DNA from: an uncultured delta proteobacterium
Lineage (GTDB): Bacteria > Desulfobacterota > Binatia > Bin18
Length of the DNA: 64,000 nucleotides
NCBI GenBank assembly: GCA_963733195.1
Contig: CAVTCR010000006.1
Coordinates: forward strand, 1-64,000
Reading direction: 5' to 3'
The translations under genes and the position numbers were made by a program. This document shows positions 1 through 10,169 of this stretch, one piece after another. Every line of letters begins with the position of its first letter. The stretch's first letter is position 1. The notes beneath the pieces are model-generated. The model ran no database searches and had not been told where the DNA came from. It was given only the letters and a program-made list of their open reading frames with translations.

Positions 1-97
1 GCCATCGACTCCCACTCCTAAGCTTTTCTGTACCGCACGAATAAGTGAGTCAAGATTCATACGCGAGTCTCTCTCTTTTGTTTGTTCGTGCTTTTCA

Positions 98-1324
98 CTA
101 TGTGTTACTTCTATGCAAGATGCCCTGTTGATAGAGCGGGGCGAGACTGTCCTGCGCACGCCCAAGAAACCGTCCCAACACCTCTTCGTTATGTTGTCCT
201 AACACCGGCGCTCGTAAGTCCAACTCTTCAGGAAACGCCGAAAACTTAAACGGGAACCCAGGGATAGTGACTTCACCGAGAAGTGGGTCTGGGACCTGTC
301 GCACCATTTTCCGTGCCGCGAAATAGGGATGTGTTACGGTGTCTGCAATCGACATCACTGGTCCGGCTGGTACGCGATGATCGGCCAAGGCTTTCAGCGC
401 CGCCTCGTCTGTCGGGAAGGACTGTAGCCAGGCTTCGATCATGGGGATCAGCTCTTTTTGATTTTTGCCGCGCCTTCCTGCCGAAGAAAACCGCGGATCA
501 CTAATCAGCTCGGGCTTGCCTAATGCGTTACAAACGTTCGCCCACTGGCGATCGAGTGCAAGGATCACGATGTAACCCTGCGGCGCCTTAAAGACACCTT
601 GTGGACACCCCATGTAGTGGTGAATGCCAAAGCGCATCGGCTTGTAGCTGCCTTTACTGGCCGCGAACATTTGCAGTTCGACGGACTGCATGTGATACAG
701 CGCGTCCACCATCGCAATGTCGATGTGCTGTCCTTGCCCGGTGCGGTCACGATGAAAGAGCGCGTAACCGAGTGCCGCAAATCCATTCACTCCAGCAATG
801 CCATCGGCAATGGCGACTCCGACAAAGCGGGGTGGTCCATCTGCGTCGCCAGTCATGTGCATGACTCCAGAAAATGCTTGGGCTATATAGTCATAGCCGG
901 TGAGGTGCGACAGCGGACTCTTACGTCCGAACGCTGAGATGGAACACATGATAACGCGTGGGTTAATCTGTTTGAGTGCGGCATAATCAAGCCCGCGTTT
1001 CTCCATGACGCCGGGACCGTAGTTTTCAATGACGACATCAACATGCGGCACAAGCGCGCGCACCAGCTCAACGCCTTCAGGTTTGCTGAAATCAACGCAG
1101 AAGCTTTTCTTGCCGCGATTTTGTTGGATGAAATACACGCTCCGACCATCTTTGAGAAAGGGTAGGGTGCGTGAGGGGTCGCCACCTTTGGCTTGTTCTA
1201 CTTTAATAATTTCTGCACCAAGCTCTGCCATCAAGCGCGTTGCGGTTGGGCCGGCGAGGTATTGAGTGAAGTCAAGGACTTTGATGCCGTTAAGCATTGG
1301 TGGTTGTTGAGTGCCATTGGCCAT
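98..1324 (-). CDS. CaiB/BaiF family (class III) CoA-transferase
   Basis: Motifs LNGIKVLDFTQYLAGP, QQNRGKKS, ENYGPG, GYDYIAQAFSG. ATG at 1324 has a GGAGA RBS (ORF track starts at 1369). Confidence 0.92.
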   Translation of the reverse strand: MANGTQQPPMLNGIKVLDFTQYLAGPTATRLMAELGAEIIKVEQAKGGDPSRTLPFLKDGRSVYFIQQNRGKKSFCVDFSKPEGVELVRALVPHVDVVIENYGPGVMEKRGLDYAALKQINPRVIMCSISAFGRKSPLSHLTGYDYIAQAFSGVMHMTGDADGPPRFVGVAIADGIAGVNGFAALGYALFHRDRTGQGQHIDIAMVDALYHMQSVELQMFAASKGSYKPMRFGIHHYMGCPQGVFKAPQGYIVILALDRQWANVCNALGKPELISDPRFSSAGRRGKNQKELIPMIEAWLQSFPTDEAALKALADHRVPAGPVMSIADTVTHPYFAARKMVRQVPDPLLGEVTIPGFPFKFSAFPEELDLRAPVLGQHNEEVLGRFLGRAQDSLAPLYQQGILHRSNT

Positions 1325-1368
1325 GTTTTCTCCTCTCCTTCTGTACTGCCGATCAGCTAATTTTGTCA

Positions 1369-2499
1369 CTAATCTGCGAATCGTGGCATCACTTTCTTGG
1401 CAAAGAGTTCTAACGAACTCAGGACCTGCTCAAGTGGGGAGATCCCTTGGGGAAGCAGGAAGAAGCATTCTTTGATAGGGAACGTTTTCGCCGCTTCTTC
1501 AATACGCCGAGAGATGAAGTCTGGATCACCGATCAAATACTCCGGGTGACCTTGCCCAAACGGAACGAACCACTCATCCCACATCCATTTCACATCCTGA
1601 GACCATTCCTGTGCTGTTGCCATCGTCGGAGCACAGATCATGGAGCCACCCCATGCCGCTTGGTCCCCCGGCTGAACGTTGTGTCCGTGCTTTGCTGCCT
1701 CCTCGCTGTACGCCTGCCACAGACGTTTGCAGAACTGTAAGTCTGAGGCGAGCACGATCGGTTTGCCCGCGTACTGCGCCCAGAAGAGCGCGGTACGCAT
1801 ACTGTGAGTGAAGCCGCCGTAGAGCGGTGGGTGCGGGTTCTGCAGGGGTTTTGGTGCGATACCAATCTCGCGGATACGCATGTCGGAATCAACACCGGCG
1901 CCGTACTTGGTGTAGACCGGCTGTACGTGCGGATTCACCATGTCCTTGGGAGGAATGGTGAAATACTTGCCTTGATAACTAAAAGTGTCTTTCTTCCAGG
2001 CGGTGAGGATAATATCGACAAACTCTTTGAAGTACTCACGGTTGATGTCGTCATCTTCGCTGTTGCGGTTCCAATCTCCAACCGCGTTAAGGTCCTGACG
2101 AATGCGGAAGTTGTGAACCCAACGTGCTTGATAGCCACGCACCATGCCGACGCCGAGACGACCTCGCAGCATATGATCTAAGGTGGCGATATATTCTGCG
2201 GTGCGGACTGGGTTATGTGTTGGTGCAACGAAGCCCACCATGTTGATGCGTAGCCGTTTGCTGTGCTGCCCCATCCACATTGAGAGCAGCCCCGGTTCGT
2301 TACTCGCTTCAAACCCTTCGATCTGTAAGTGATGCTCGGGATGACCAATTCCAGCATAGCCAGCCTCATCGGCAAAACGGGTAATCGCGGCGACTTCATC
2401 CAGCATGCGCTGGTACAACTCCGGACGTTTGCCCGCCATACCCGCCGCAAGTTCGTGGCGGCGACCTAAGGTGGCGTAAACGAATAGATGGAACTTCAT
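1369..2499 (-). CDS. LLM class flavin-dependent oxidoreductase (luciferase-like monooxygenase)
   Basis: Motifs GHPEHH, HNPVRTAEYIATLDHMLRGRLGVGMVRGY, PKPLQNPHPP, C-terminal LELFAKKVMPRF. Confidence 0.9.
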   Translation of the reverse strand: MKFHLFVYATLGRRHELAAGMAGKRPELYQRMLDEVAAITRFADEAGYAGIGHPEHHLQIEGFEASNEPGLLSMWMGQHSKRLRINMVGFVAPTHNPVRTAEYIATLDHMLRGRLGVGMVRGYQARWVHNFRIRQDLNAVGDWNRNSEDDDINREYFKEFVDIILTAWKKDTFSYQGKYFTIPPKDMVNPHVQPVYTKYGAGVDSDMRIREIGIAPKPLQNPHPPLYGGFTHSMRTALFWAQYAGKPIVLASDLQFCKRLWQAYSEEAAKHGHNVQPGDQAAWGGSMICAPTMATAQEWSQDVKWMWDEWFVPFGQGHPEYLIGDPDFISRRIEEAAKTFPIKECFFLLPQGISPLEQVLSSLELFAKKVMPRFAD

Positions 2500-2739
2500 G
2501 TGCTAATTCCCTTCAGTGATGAAATTGACAGAGGCGCAACACGCTGTCTGTAGGTTTCTCATTCGTGTTCCGCACGTATACGAAAATTATTTTCTGGGGT
2601 CAAATGTTGTCGAAAGAGAAAACCGAAAAATTAGACGAACGAAATTGCAAATGCTACGATTCTGACTGAGTAACTAAAGGTGTTGCAGTGGAGAAAAGTC
2701 GTCCTCAGCTAAAGTAACGAAGGAAGGAGAGTAGTAAGG

Positions 2740-4470
2740 ATGGAGGAGAAGGATCCGAGACCGGAGCAGGTTCTACCAGATCATCACCCTGATGTAGAGG
2801 AGCCGCAGAAGCAACAAGAACAGAAAGCTAAAGTAGCAAACTCCGTCAGCCGTCGAGGGTTTCTTGCACGCGTTGGTGGCATAGCCGCTGCGAGCGTAGC
2901 AGTTGATACCCTCGGTTTCGCACGACTTCGCGTGGGAACGACGGCGGCAGAAGCAGCGATCGGCCCAGATAAACCTAAAAAGCGCCGTGAGCGCGCCTAT
3001 AAAATTCGTCGTGATACCGCGAGATTTCAGCGCGATTTGCCTTTGCCCGAACATCTGGACAATGGAGATGAAGCGCTCTTCGCCAATAAGATCGGCAGTT
3101 ACTCCAAAGCGCTGCCTCATAACGATCTTGGCCAAGTCGATCTCTCGGCTTACAGTGCCTACATTGCCGCCCTAACGTCTGGTGATCCAAATGCGTTCGA
3201 GGCGATTCCGCAGGGTGGGAGTGTGAGACAGGTCAACCCTCAGGCTGCCTATACATATTCTCTCGAAGGTCCGGACTCGCATCACGTAGGGATAATTGCC
3301 CCGCCTGCTTTTAGCAGCGCAGAAGAAGCAAGTGAGATAGGAGAACTCTATTGGCAAGCCCTCACTCGCGACGTACCATTTGTTGAATATGATACTAATC
3401 CGCTGACTCAAGCTGCGGCAGTCGATCTTTCGAAGTTTTCCGTCTTCAAAGGCCCAAAAGCCGGTGGCGTTGTGACGACGGGAACGCTTTTTCGTGGCAC
3501 CACTCCAGGAGATCTCACTGGACCATATATTTCGCAATTTTTATGGAAGAACAGTACCTTTGGGGCACAGACGATCGTGCAACAGTATCGGGTGCCAGTA
3601 GAAGGCAATGATTTCATCACCAGCTATGCCGACTGGTTAAGCTGTCAGAGGGGTTTTCCACCGACAGCCAGTATCACTTTTGACCCGGTGACGCGTTATC
3701 TCAGTAATGGACGTGACCTGGGCGAATATGTTCATCGTGACTTTACTTACCAAGCCTTCCTTTATGCTGCCCTTATTCTGCTCAGTTTTGGTGGGGCAGC
3801 CTTGGACGATGCGAATCCCTACAAAGCCTCGGCCAAGCAAGTCGGATTTGTTACTTTTGGCGGGCCTCATATACTCGACTTAGTCGCACGAGTTGCTAAC
3901 GAATCCTTGAAGCCGACGTGGTATCAAAAGTGGCTCGTGCACCGACGCTTACGACCGGAAGCTTTTGCTGGCCATCTGCATAATCATAAGATCGGTGCGG
4001 CCAGTTATCCGATCCACCCTGAGATTCTCAACTCCCCAGTTCTTGATGCCGTGTTTAGCAAATACGGCACTTACCTCTTGCCGCAAGCGTATCCAGAGGG
4101 CTGTCCCACCCATACAGCTTATCCTTCTGGACATGCAGCATATGCTGGGGCGTGTACGACTGTTCTGAAGGCATTCTTTAAGGAGTCCTTCGTGATTCCA
4201 AATCCGGTCGTTGCCAATGTCGACGGCACCGCTCTCGATCCGTATACTGGCGGAGCACTGACAGTTGGTGACGAACTCAACAAGTTAGCCACGAATGCCA
4301 GTATAGGTCGTGACACAGCGGGAATCCACTGGCGTTCCGATATCATCGAAGGCCTCAAGCTAGGCGAGGCGGTTGCTATAGGTATTCTGACTGACTTCCG
4401 CGCAACCTACACTGAATTCTTCAGTGGGTTCTCCCTGACCAAGTTTGACGGCTCGACCATTACGGTCTGA
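2740..4470 (+). CDS. Vanadium-dependent haloperoxidase (bromoperoxidase-like), Tat-exported
   Basis: Tat motif SRRGFL followed by a hydrophobic segment and AEA. Vanadate-site motifs WYQKWLVHRRLRPE, YPSGHA, GRDTAGIHWRSD. Confidence 0.9.
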   Translation: MEEKDPRPEQVLPDHHPDVEEPQKQQEQKAKVANSVSRRGFLARVGGIAAASVAVDTLGFARLRVGTTAAEAAIGPDKPKKRRERAYKIRRDTARFQRDLPLPEHLDNGDEALFANKIGSYSKALPHNDLGQVDLSAYSAYIAALTSGDPNAFEAIPQGGSVRQVNPQAAYTYSLEGPDSHHVGIIAPPAFSSAEEASEIGELYWQALTRDVPFVEYDTNPLTQAAAVDLSKFSVFKGPKAGGVVTTGTLFRGTTPGDLTGPYISQFLWKNSTFGAQTIVQQYRVPVEGNDFITSYADWLSCQRGFPPTASITFDPVTRYLSNGRDLGEYVHRDFTYQAFLYAALILLSFGGAALDDANPYKASAKQVGFVTFGGPHILDLVARVANESLKPTWYQKWLVHRRLRPEAFAGHLHNHKIGAASYPIHPEILNSPVLDAVFSKYGTYLLPQAYPEGCPTHTAYPSGHAAYAGACTTVLKAFFKESFVIPNPVVANVDGTALDPYTGGALTVGDELNKLATNASIGRDTAGIHWRSDIIEGLKLGEAVAIGILTDFRATYTEFFSGFSLTKFDGSTITV

Positions 4471-4570
4471 GCAAGAGGGGCGCACGGTTGTGCGCCCTAC
4501 ACCCTTCTCCGCAGCTTGACTCTCATCCTCGCCTTTCCTAATGTTGCCAGCAACAAAGGAGGAAAGGATT

Positions 4571-5149
4571 ATGCGTAAACTCTTCGATTATCTGCCCTGA
4601 CCGTTCGCCATGAGGACGAGGATCGTCCTCAAAGAGAAAGCCTTGGAGTTTGATCGAATTTTGCTCGATCTCCCGCACCAAGAGCAGAAGCAACCCTGGT
4701 ACCTGGCGTTGAACCCGTATGGCAAAGTACCCGTGCTCGTTGAAGAAGGCGCGTGGGTATACGAGTCTGCGCTCTGTAACGAGTATCTTGAAGACAAATA
4801 TCCCACTCCCGCGTTAGCGCCGACCGAGGCAGGCGCCAAGGCGCAGATGCGCTTATGGGTGGAATGGTGTAACAGCCAGTTTGTCCCTCCGCTCATCGGC
4901 GTGCTATATGAGAATCGCAAGACCCAAGCTGAACGGAGTCAGGAGAAAATCGATCGCAACAAAGCGCGATTGAATGAACTACTACCCCGACTCGAACAGC
5001 AACTGCAAACCAATGATTTCCTGATGGGAAGCTATGGAATGGCGGATATTGCCTTCACGCCGTTTTTGGCGCTGTGTGAACGTAATGGGATCGACTTCAA
5101 TGGATTTCCCAAGGTAACACAGTGGGCACAGCGGCTGAAGAATCGCTGA
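4571..5149 (+). CDS. Glutathione S-transferase family protein, probable selenoprotein (UGA at 4598-4600)
   Basis: RBS AGGAGGAAAGGA then ATG 4571 reads MRKLFDYLP-U-PFAMRTRIVLKEK, in frame with ORF 4610..5149. GST motifs LNPYGKVPVL, YESALCNEYLE, YGMADIAF. The 3' end may carry an indel. Confidence 0.85.
4611..4631 (+). promoter_or_regulatory. Putative bacterial SECIS hairpin for the GST UGA
   Basis: TGAGGACGA-GGA-TCGTCCTCA: perfect 9-bp stem, loop begins with G about 20 nt after the UGA. Confidence 0.7.
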
Positions 5150-5265
5150 CAGTTACTGAAGAGGTGAAAATCTGGGTTTGCTGCGTAAGTCGATAAGAAG
5201 GATGATTCAATGACGGTCATGGAGGGGCGGGCCGCGAACCCGCCCCTTCGTTTGAGAGTGAAAGA

Positions 5266-6819
5266 ATGTTCACACGAGTTTTTTTCTTAGCGATGGGTGT
5301 CGTGGCTTGTTGCTGTTTGCCCCGGCAAAGTGTAGCCCAACCTGCTCAGGTTTATATTGACTCGGCAGTGCTCGCGATGGGTGGACGCGATGCACTACTG
5401 GCTATCAAGAGTCAACGTATCGTGAGTCATGGTGAGAGCTTCGAACCTGAACAAACCGTGCAGCCCGGAGCGGAAAAACCACGCAAGGTGGCGGATTTTA
5501 CCTGTACGCTGTTGCGTGACCTCAACACTGGTAAAGTCCGTTACGATTGGCAACGTGAGACAATCTCCCCATTTGCTTTGACCTGGAAGTATGTGGAGAT
5601 TCTCAACGGTGACGAGGGTGCCATCATTGGAAAAGATGGAGGACGTAGCCCGGAGAAACGACCGGCATCCGCAGCCCGCATGGCAGCACGCAGAAAAGAA
5701 TTGAGCCGCGCGCCGGTGTCTATCCTTGTCAATGCACTGACTCGATCAAGTTCCTTCCTTCGTCTTGCTGATCAAATCGTGAAAGGCCGTCGGCATTATG
5801 TCATTGCCTACACTGAACGGGGGCAACAAGTACTTTTGGTGTTGGATGCTGAGACCAGGCTATTGCGGAAAGTCACTTTCCTTGAAGATGACCCCACTGC
5901 CGGTGATACACAAAACGAACTGTTCTTTGACGACTGGCGACAAGTTGGTGCGGTGAAATTACCGTTTAGTTTGCAGTACCGGGTCAACGGGATAGATGTT
6001 GCGACTGAGAAGATCGACACGATCGAGAATGACGTAGAGGTAAAAGAGTCTGATTTCGAGATTCCCGAGGATCTGAAGCAAATTGACTCTAATGATGGGA
6101 ACTGGGGCGAGCGCAGATCGCTTTGGCTGTTGCGCCGAATTGCTTTAGCAAGCCCACTCGACGAGCTACAAACACACGTGCAACTGACTGAAGTAGGAAA
6201 AGGCATATTCCATGTGGTTGGCGGAACGCATCACAGTCTGGCTGTTGAAATGAAAGATCATCTTATCGTGGTCGAGGCACCGCTCTATGAAGAACGATCG
6301 CGGGCTGTACTGGCTGCACTCGAAAGCCGATTTCCTGGAAAACCGGTACGAACTGTTGTGAGTACGCATTTTCATAACGATCACTCGGGAGGGCTGAGAG
6401 CTTACGCGGCGATCGGAGCAACAGTCATCACCGGGAAGGCCAGTGAAAGTTTCGTCCAACGGATGCTGCAAGCGCCACATACCTATGTCCCTGATAGTCT
6501 CCAGAAGGTGCAGAAACCGGGACCGATAGAAACCGTTGACGGAGAAAAGAAAGTTCTCACCGATGGGGAGCGAACTGTAGAGGTGTATCCGATTCAGAAT
6601 GGCCATGCAGAAGGAACGGTGGTAGCGTACATCCCACATGCGAAACTGCTCTTTGTCTCGGATCTGTTCTCGCCCGGTGCCCCACGACAACCGCCAGTGT
6701 TTCCGCGAGAGTTGCTTGAGGGGATCACGGTAGCTGGGATCAAGGTCGAGCACATTGTTGGGGGACACGGGAATAAGGTGGGTACGTTGGCGGAGTTGCG
6801 AGAAGCTGCTGCACAGTGA
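5266..6819 (+). CDS. Secreted MBL-fold metallo-hydrolase
   Basis: Signal peptide; THFHNDHSGG, NGHAEG, FVSDLF and GGHG motifs in the C-terminal domain. Confidence 0.85.
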   Translation: MFTRVFFLAMGVVACCCLPRQSVAQPAQVYIDSAVLAMGGRDALLAIKSQRIVSHGESFEPEQTVQPGAEKPRKVADFTCTLLRDLNTGKVRYDWQRETISPFALTWKYVEILNGDEGAIIGKDGGRSPEKRPASAARMAARRKELSRAPVSILVNALTRSSSFLRLADQIVKGRRHYVIAYTERGQQVLLVLDAETRLLRKVTFLEDDPTAGDTQNELFFDDWRQVGAVKLPFSLQYRVNGIDVATEKIDTIENDVEVKESDFEIPEDLKQIDSNDGNWGERRSLWLLRRIALASPLDELQTHVQLTEVGKGIFHVVGGTHHSLAVEMKDHLIVVEAPLYEERSRAVLAALESRFPGKPVRTVVSTHFHNDHSGGLRAYAAIGATVITGKASESFVQRMLQAPHTYVPDSLQKVQKPGPIETVDGEKKVLTDGERTVEVYPIQNGHAEGTVVAYIPHAKLLFVSDLFSPGAPRQPPVFPRELLEGITVAGIKVEHIVGGHGNKVGTLAELREAAAQ

Positions 6820-6870
6820 AGAGTCACGTAACACGCAACACGTAATGCGTGATCCGTGATCTATGAGAAG

Positions 6871-6975
6871 CTAAATCGGACCACAAAAGATTGCAGAGTC
6901 CCTACAAACTCCGGCCCCAGGCGCACTGGCGCGCCCTGGCACATGCTTCATGTACGAAAGTCATGTGGTCACTAG
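6871..6975. repeat. MITE-like element, CTAAATCGGACCACA end family (degenerate right end)
   Basis: CTAAATCGGACCACA at 6871-6885 is the reverse complement of TGTGGTCCGATTTAG at 29628-29642. Partial TGTGGTC at 6964. Confidence 0.5.
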
Positions 6976-6996
6976 GCTGTACGTTTTAGAGCGCCC

Positions 6997-7455
6997 ATGC
7001 CCAATGACACGTTCTGGATGACCGAAGCCCTTGCTGAAGCAACCCAAGCGGATACAGAAGGGGAAGTGCCGGTTGGGGCGGTGATTGTTCTGAACGATAC
7101 GATCGTCAGTCGTGGACACAATCAATCTATTCGGTTGCGCGACCCAACAGGGCACGCGGAGATTCTTGCACTGCGCGCAGCAGCCGGTTCTCTTGACAAC
7201 TATCGACTGCCAGGAACAACACTATATGTGACAGTTGAACCTTGCCTCATGTGTATGGGTGCTCTTCTACAGGCAAGAGTGCAGCGGATCGTGTTTGGTT
7301 GCTACGACCCCAAAGCTGGTGCAGCGGGCTCGCTTTATGATGTATCGAATGATCCTCGTCTCAATCACCAGATCGAAGTGACGGCAGGAGTGAAGGAGGA
7401 AGAGTGCCGAACAGTGCTACAAAACTTCTTCCGTAGCCGCAGAAGTAAGGACTGA
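6997..7455 (+). CDS. tadA: tRNA adenosine(34) deaminase
   Basis: GEVPVGAV, HAE, TVEPCLMC, DPKAGAAGS, LNH and FF..RR motifs. Confidence 0.95.
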   Translation: MPNDTFWMTEALAEATQADTEGEVPVGAVIVLNDTIVSRGHNQSIRLRDPTGHAEILALRAAAGSLDNYRLPGTTLYVTVEPCLMCMGALLQARVQRIVFGCYDPKAGAAGSLYDVSNDPRLNHQIEVTAGVKEEECRTVLQNFFRSRRSKD

Positions 7456-7469
7456 ACCGACTCTCGTCC

Positions 7470-7590
7470 CGGAGGTTCAAACCCCCGGCTACCATCGGCA
7501 GCCCCTCTGGGGCTGAACTTCGAGCCCGCCGACGCGCGCGGACGCCCCACGCGGGGCGTCTAGGGTAGCCGGGGAATTCATTCCCCGGCG
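7470..7590. repeat. REP/REPIN-like palindromic element
   Basis: Inverted CCCCGGCTAC...GTAGCCGGGG arms, each with a terminal hairpin (e.g. GCCGGGGAATTCATTCCCCGGC), between convergent genes. Confidence 0.65.
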
Positions 7591-7604
7591 TGCAGGATGT
7601 CTCT

Positions 7605-8072
7605 CTATGCTACTGATACTGCTCCTTCGTCACTGCTTTTCTCAAAGCCTTGTATCTGAAGGGCACGGTCTGATTGTGAGTACTCGGCGAGAATAGTTAA
7701 TCGCTCGGTCGGATTTGCTGCGGCAATTTGCGCGGCGATTTCCCGTGACGTGCGCACCTGAAAGTTCGGCGTATACGGCTTTACTTCCGACAAGATACTT
7801 TCAGCGGTACGCAGCGGACCGGCCATAACTTTCATCTCTGTTACTAAGAACGTATAGCGTTTCTCATCGCTTGGTAGCTTGAAGGTAACAAGCGGCTGAA
7901 CGTTCGTTGGTGCAGGGGTGGCGTTTAAGAAGCCAACCAACTTTACCAAAGGTTTGAGTTGCGGTCCGATGTGGGGTTGCACCGGATCTTGCGCGCGACT
8001 TGCAACGGGAAAACTCACGCAAAGCAAAAATACCATCATGCCACTGACTATACCAAGCCGTGATTGGTTCAT
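7605..8072 (-). CDS. Hypothetical secreted protein
   Basis: 155-aa ORF with a signal peptide ending ASRA; no recognised family. Confidence 0.7.
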   Translation of the reverse strand: MNQSRLGIVSGMMVFLLCVSFPVASRAQDPVQPHIGPQLKPLVKLVGFLNATPAPTNVQPLVTFKLPSDEKRYTFLVTEMKVMAGPLRTAESILSEVKPYTPNFQVRTSREIAAQIAAANPTERLTILAEYSQSDRALQIQGFEKSSDEGAVSVA

Positions 8073-8187
8073 TGTTCTTTCCCTCGACTGACAAGCGACA
8101 AACGTCCTTGTATGCTACGCAGACCAGCGGGTGGGAACAATCCGGGCTTTTACCCGAGGCATAAATCACTTATAGTACAAAAAGTAC

Positions 8188-8274
8188 GGAGAGGTGGCAG
8201 AGCCCGGTTGATCGCGCACGACTCGAAATCGTGTATGCCGTAAGGCATCGGGGGTTCAAATCCCCCCCTCTCCG
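8188..8274 (+). tRNA. tRNA-Ser (anticodon CGA)
   Basis: GGAGAGG/CCTCTCC acceptor stem, CACGA-CTCGAAA-TCGTG anticodon arm, long variable arm ATGCCGTAAGGCAT, GGTTCAAATCC T-loop. CCA not encoded. Confidence 0.95.
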
Positions 8275-8374
8275 CTGTGCGCTTGCCGCGAATCTTTAGG
8301 AACTTTACGGGACTTCCGTGAGTTAACAGAGAAAACGACCAACGCAACCTAGCAACGAGAGGCCTACCTACTGT

Positions 8375-9640
8375 ATGGATATTGGACTCGGAATCGCGGT
8401 ACTTGCAGGTTTTTTGTCATTTGTCTCACCCTGTGTGCTCCCGATCGTACCAGGGTATCTCACATTCATTACTGGGATGAGCTTCGATGAACTCACGAGC
8501 CACCAAAACCGGTCTCAGCTCATTCTCAATGCCATCACTAAAAGTCTGCCGTTCGTGCTTGGCTTCTCGCTAGTGTTTATTTCCCTTGGGGCCTCCGCTT
8601 CGGCTATTGGAGGGGTCTTACGCGAAAATCTTGGGTTGATGAAACAGGTTGCTGGTGTCGGGATTATCATTCTTGGGTTGCACCTTGCCGGGTTGTTACC
8701 GATCCCTGCGCTGTTACGAGACCGCCGATTGTCGGGTGAACCGACAAGTCCAGGCATGGGCCGGGCGTTTGTCGCCGGGATTTTCTTTGCTTTTGGGTGG
8801 ACACCTTGTGTTGGACCGATTCTCGCGGGAATCTTAACCTTAGCGGCAACAGCCGAGACTCTCACTCGAGGTGTTCTCCTTCTTGCCGCCTACTCACTGG
8901 GGCTAGGGATTCCTTTCATCCTCTCGGCAGCATTCTTGAACGCTTTCTTATCGTTTTTCAAAGGGATGAAAGGCTATTTGCGGCAACTTGAGGTCGCGAG
9001 TGGTGCACTACTTATACTCGTCGGTGGCATGATCTTTACTGACAGCATGGGCTGGCTTGCCTCGAAATTCACATTCCTGAATGCTGAAGAGTTGCTGACG
9101 CTGGAGAGCACCCCATCGACTGTAGAGCCTAAAGCGGCAGTGGCAGCAGAACCGCCGAAGACTGCCTATGGATCGTACGATTTTGCGTTGAAATCGATTG
9201 ACGGTGAACCGGTCAAACTGTCTGACTATCAAGGCAAAGTAGTACTGGTAAATTTCTGGGCAACATGGTGTGGACCGTGCGTGGTTGAGACACCATCGCT
9301 GGTGCGGGTGTACCATAAGTATCGTGACCGTGGATTCATGGTGATTGGTGTCGCGATGCAGAGCGAAGAGGACAACGTCAAGAACTTTGTTGACAAGTAT
9401 CGGGTTCCCTACGCGATTGCCCGCGATACAACGAACGAGGTTGGATTACGCTACCAGGTGTTTGCGCTCCCCAGTAGTTTTCTTTTTACGGGTGACGGGA
9501 AAGTAAAAAAGGCTTTCATGGGATTTGTTGATGAAGAGCGGCTTGAGCACGAGTTGGATGCGCTGTTTGCGGCGAGCCCTACGCCACAAGGCACTCCGCA
9601 ACCACAGTCGGAAGGCATTTCGTACCGAGAAGAAAAATAA
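8375..9640 (+). CDS. CcdA (cytochrome c biogenesis/DsbD-beta) fused to TlpA-type thioredoxin
   Basis: SFVSPCVLP and GWTPCVGPIL in transmembrane segments; C-terminal VNFWATWCGPC and FALPSSF. Confidence 0.9.
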   Translation: MDIGLGIAVLAGFLSFVSPCVLPIVPGYLTFITGMSFDELTSHQNRSQLILNAITKSLPFVLGFSLVFISLGASASAIGGVLRENLGLMKQVAGVGIIILGLHLAGLLPIPALLRDRRLSGEPTSPGMGRAFVAGIFFAFGWTPCVGPILAGILTLAATAETLTRGVLLLAAYSLGLGIPFILSAAFLNAFLSFFKGMKGYLRQLEVASGALLILVGGMIFTDSMGWLASKFTFLNAEELLTLESTPSTVEPKAAVAAEPPKTAYGSYDFALKSIDGEPVKLSDYQGKVVLVNFWATWCGPCVVETPSLVRVYHKYRDRGFMVIGVAMQSEEDNVKNFVDKYRVPYAIARDTTNEVGLRYQVFALPSSFLFTGDGKVKKAFMGFVDEERLEHELDALFAASPTPQGTPQPQSEGISYREEK

Positions 9641-9728
9641 GGCATTGAGTTTGTTGGATAAATGGCCAGCAACATGAACGACGGGGCACGGCACATCGTG
9701 CCCCGTCGTGTTTCAGGGAGGAAGACGG

Positions 9729-10151
9729 ATGTCAGCAGGAGGTTTTCGCCATACTGTCGCAAGCACAACCACTGACGGTCTTGCTATTGAACTCCAAGCA
9801 GGAGAACTACGTTGGACACTTGACGAACCGGTAGCAATGGGTGGCAAAGGTGCAGCCCCTGATCCGGTGACCTCTTTCCTCGGAGCATTATGTGGGTGCT
9901 TGTTAATCTCTTTGCAGATTACTGCTCGTGCACGGCAAGTCCCTCTTGCTGGAGCGACGATCTCGGCGAAAGCCAACGAGAAAGGATTCGTCAAAACTAT
10001 CGACGTGGACCTGACGGTGCGAAGCGATGCGCTTGAGGAAAAAATCCGCACTATCGTCGAACGAGCGGAAAAAGGATGTTATATCAAAGCGCTGTTGAAG
10101 GAGAGCGTTGAGTATCGTCTCAATCTAACCATCCTGCCAGCGCAGGAATAA
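9729..10151 (+). CDS. OsmC family protein
   Basis: DEPVAMGGKGAAPDP..FLGALCGC and AEKGCYI conserved Cys pair. Confidence 0.85.
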   Translation: MSAGGFRHTVASTTTDGLAIELQAGELRWTLDEPVAMGGKGAAPDPVTSFLGALCGCLLISLQITARARQVPLAGATISAKANEKGFVKTIDVDLTVRSDALEEKIRTIVERAEKGCYIKALLKESVEYRLNLTILPAQE

Positions 10152-10169
10152 CTAAAGGAGGAATGCACG

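Noticed and set aside
5147-5188. Further UGA readthrough at the GST C-terminus
   Set aside because: No conserved Cys is expected there and no convincing hairpin follows; more likely a true stop or a local indel.
7470-7590. Possible SRP RNA (ffs) or other ncRNA near tadA and tRNA-Ser
   Set aside because: No SRP domain IV motif is visible; the structure is an inverted REP-like doublet.
8188-8274. tRNA-Sec, or an integration site for an island
   Set aside because: The anticodon is CGA (Ser), not TCA. No integrase or duplicated tRNA 3' end was seen in the window.
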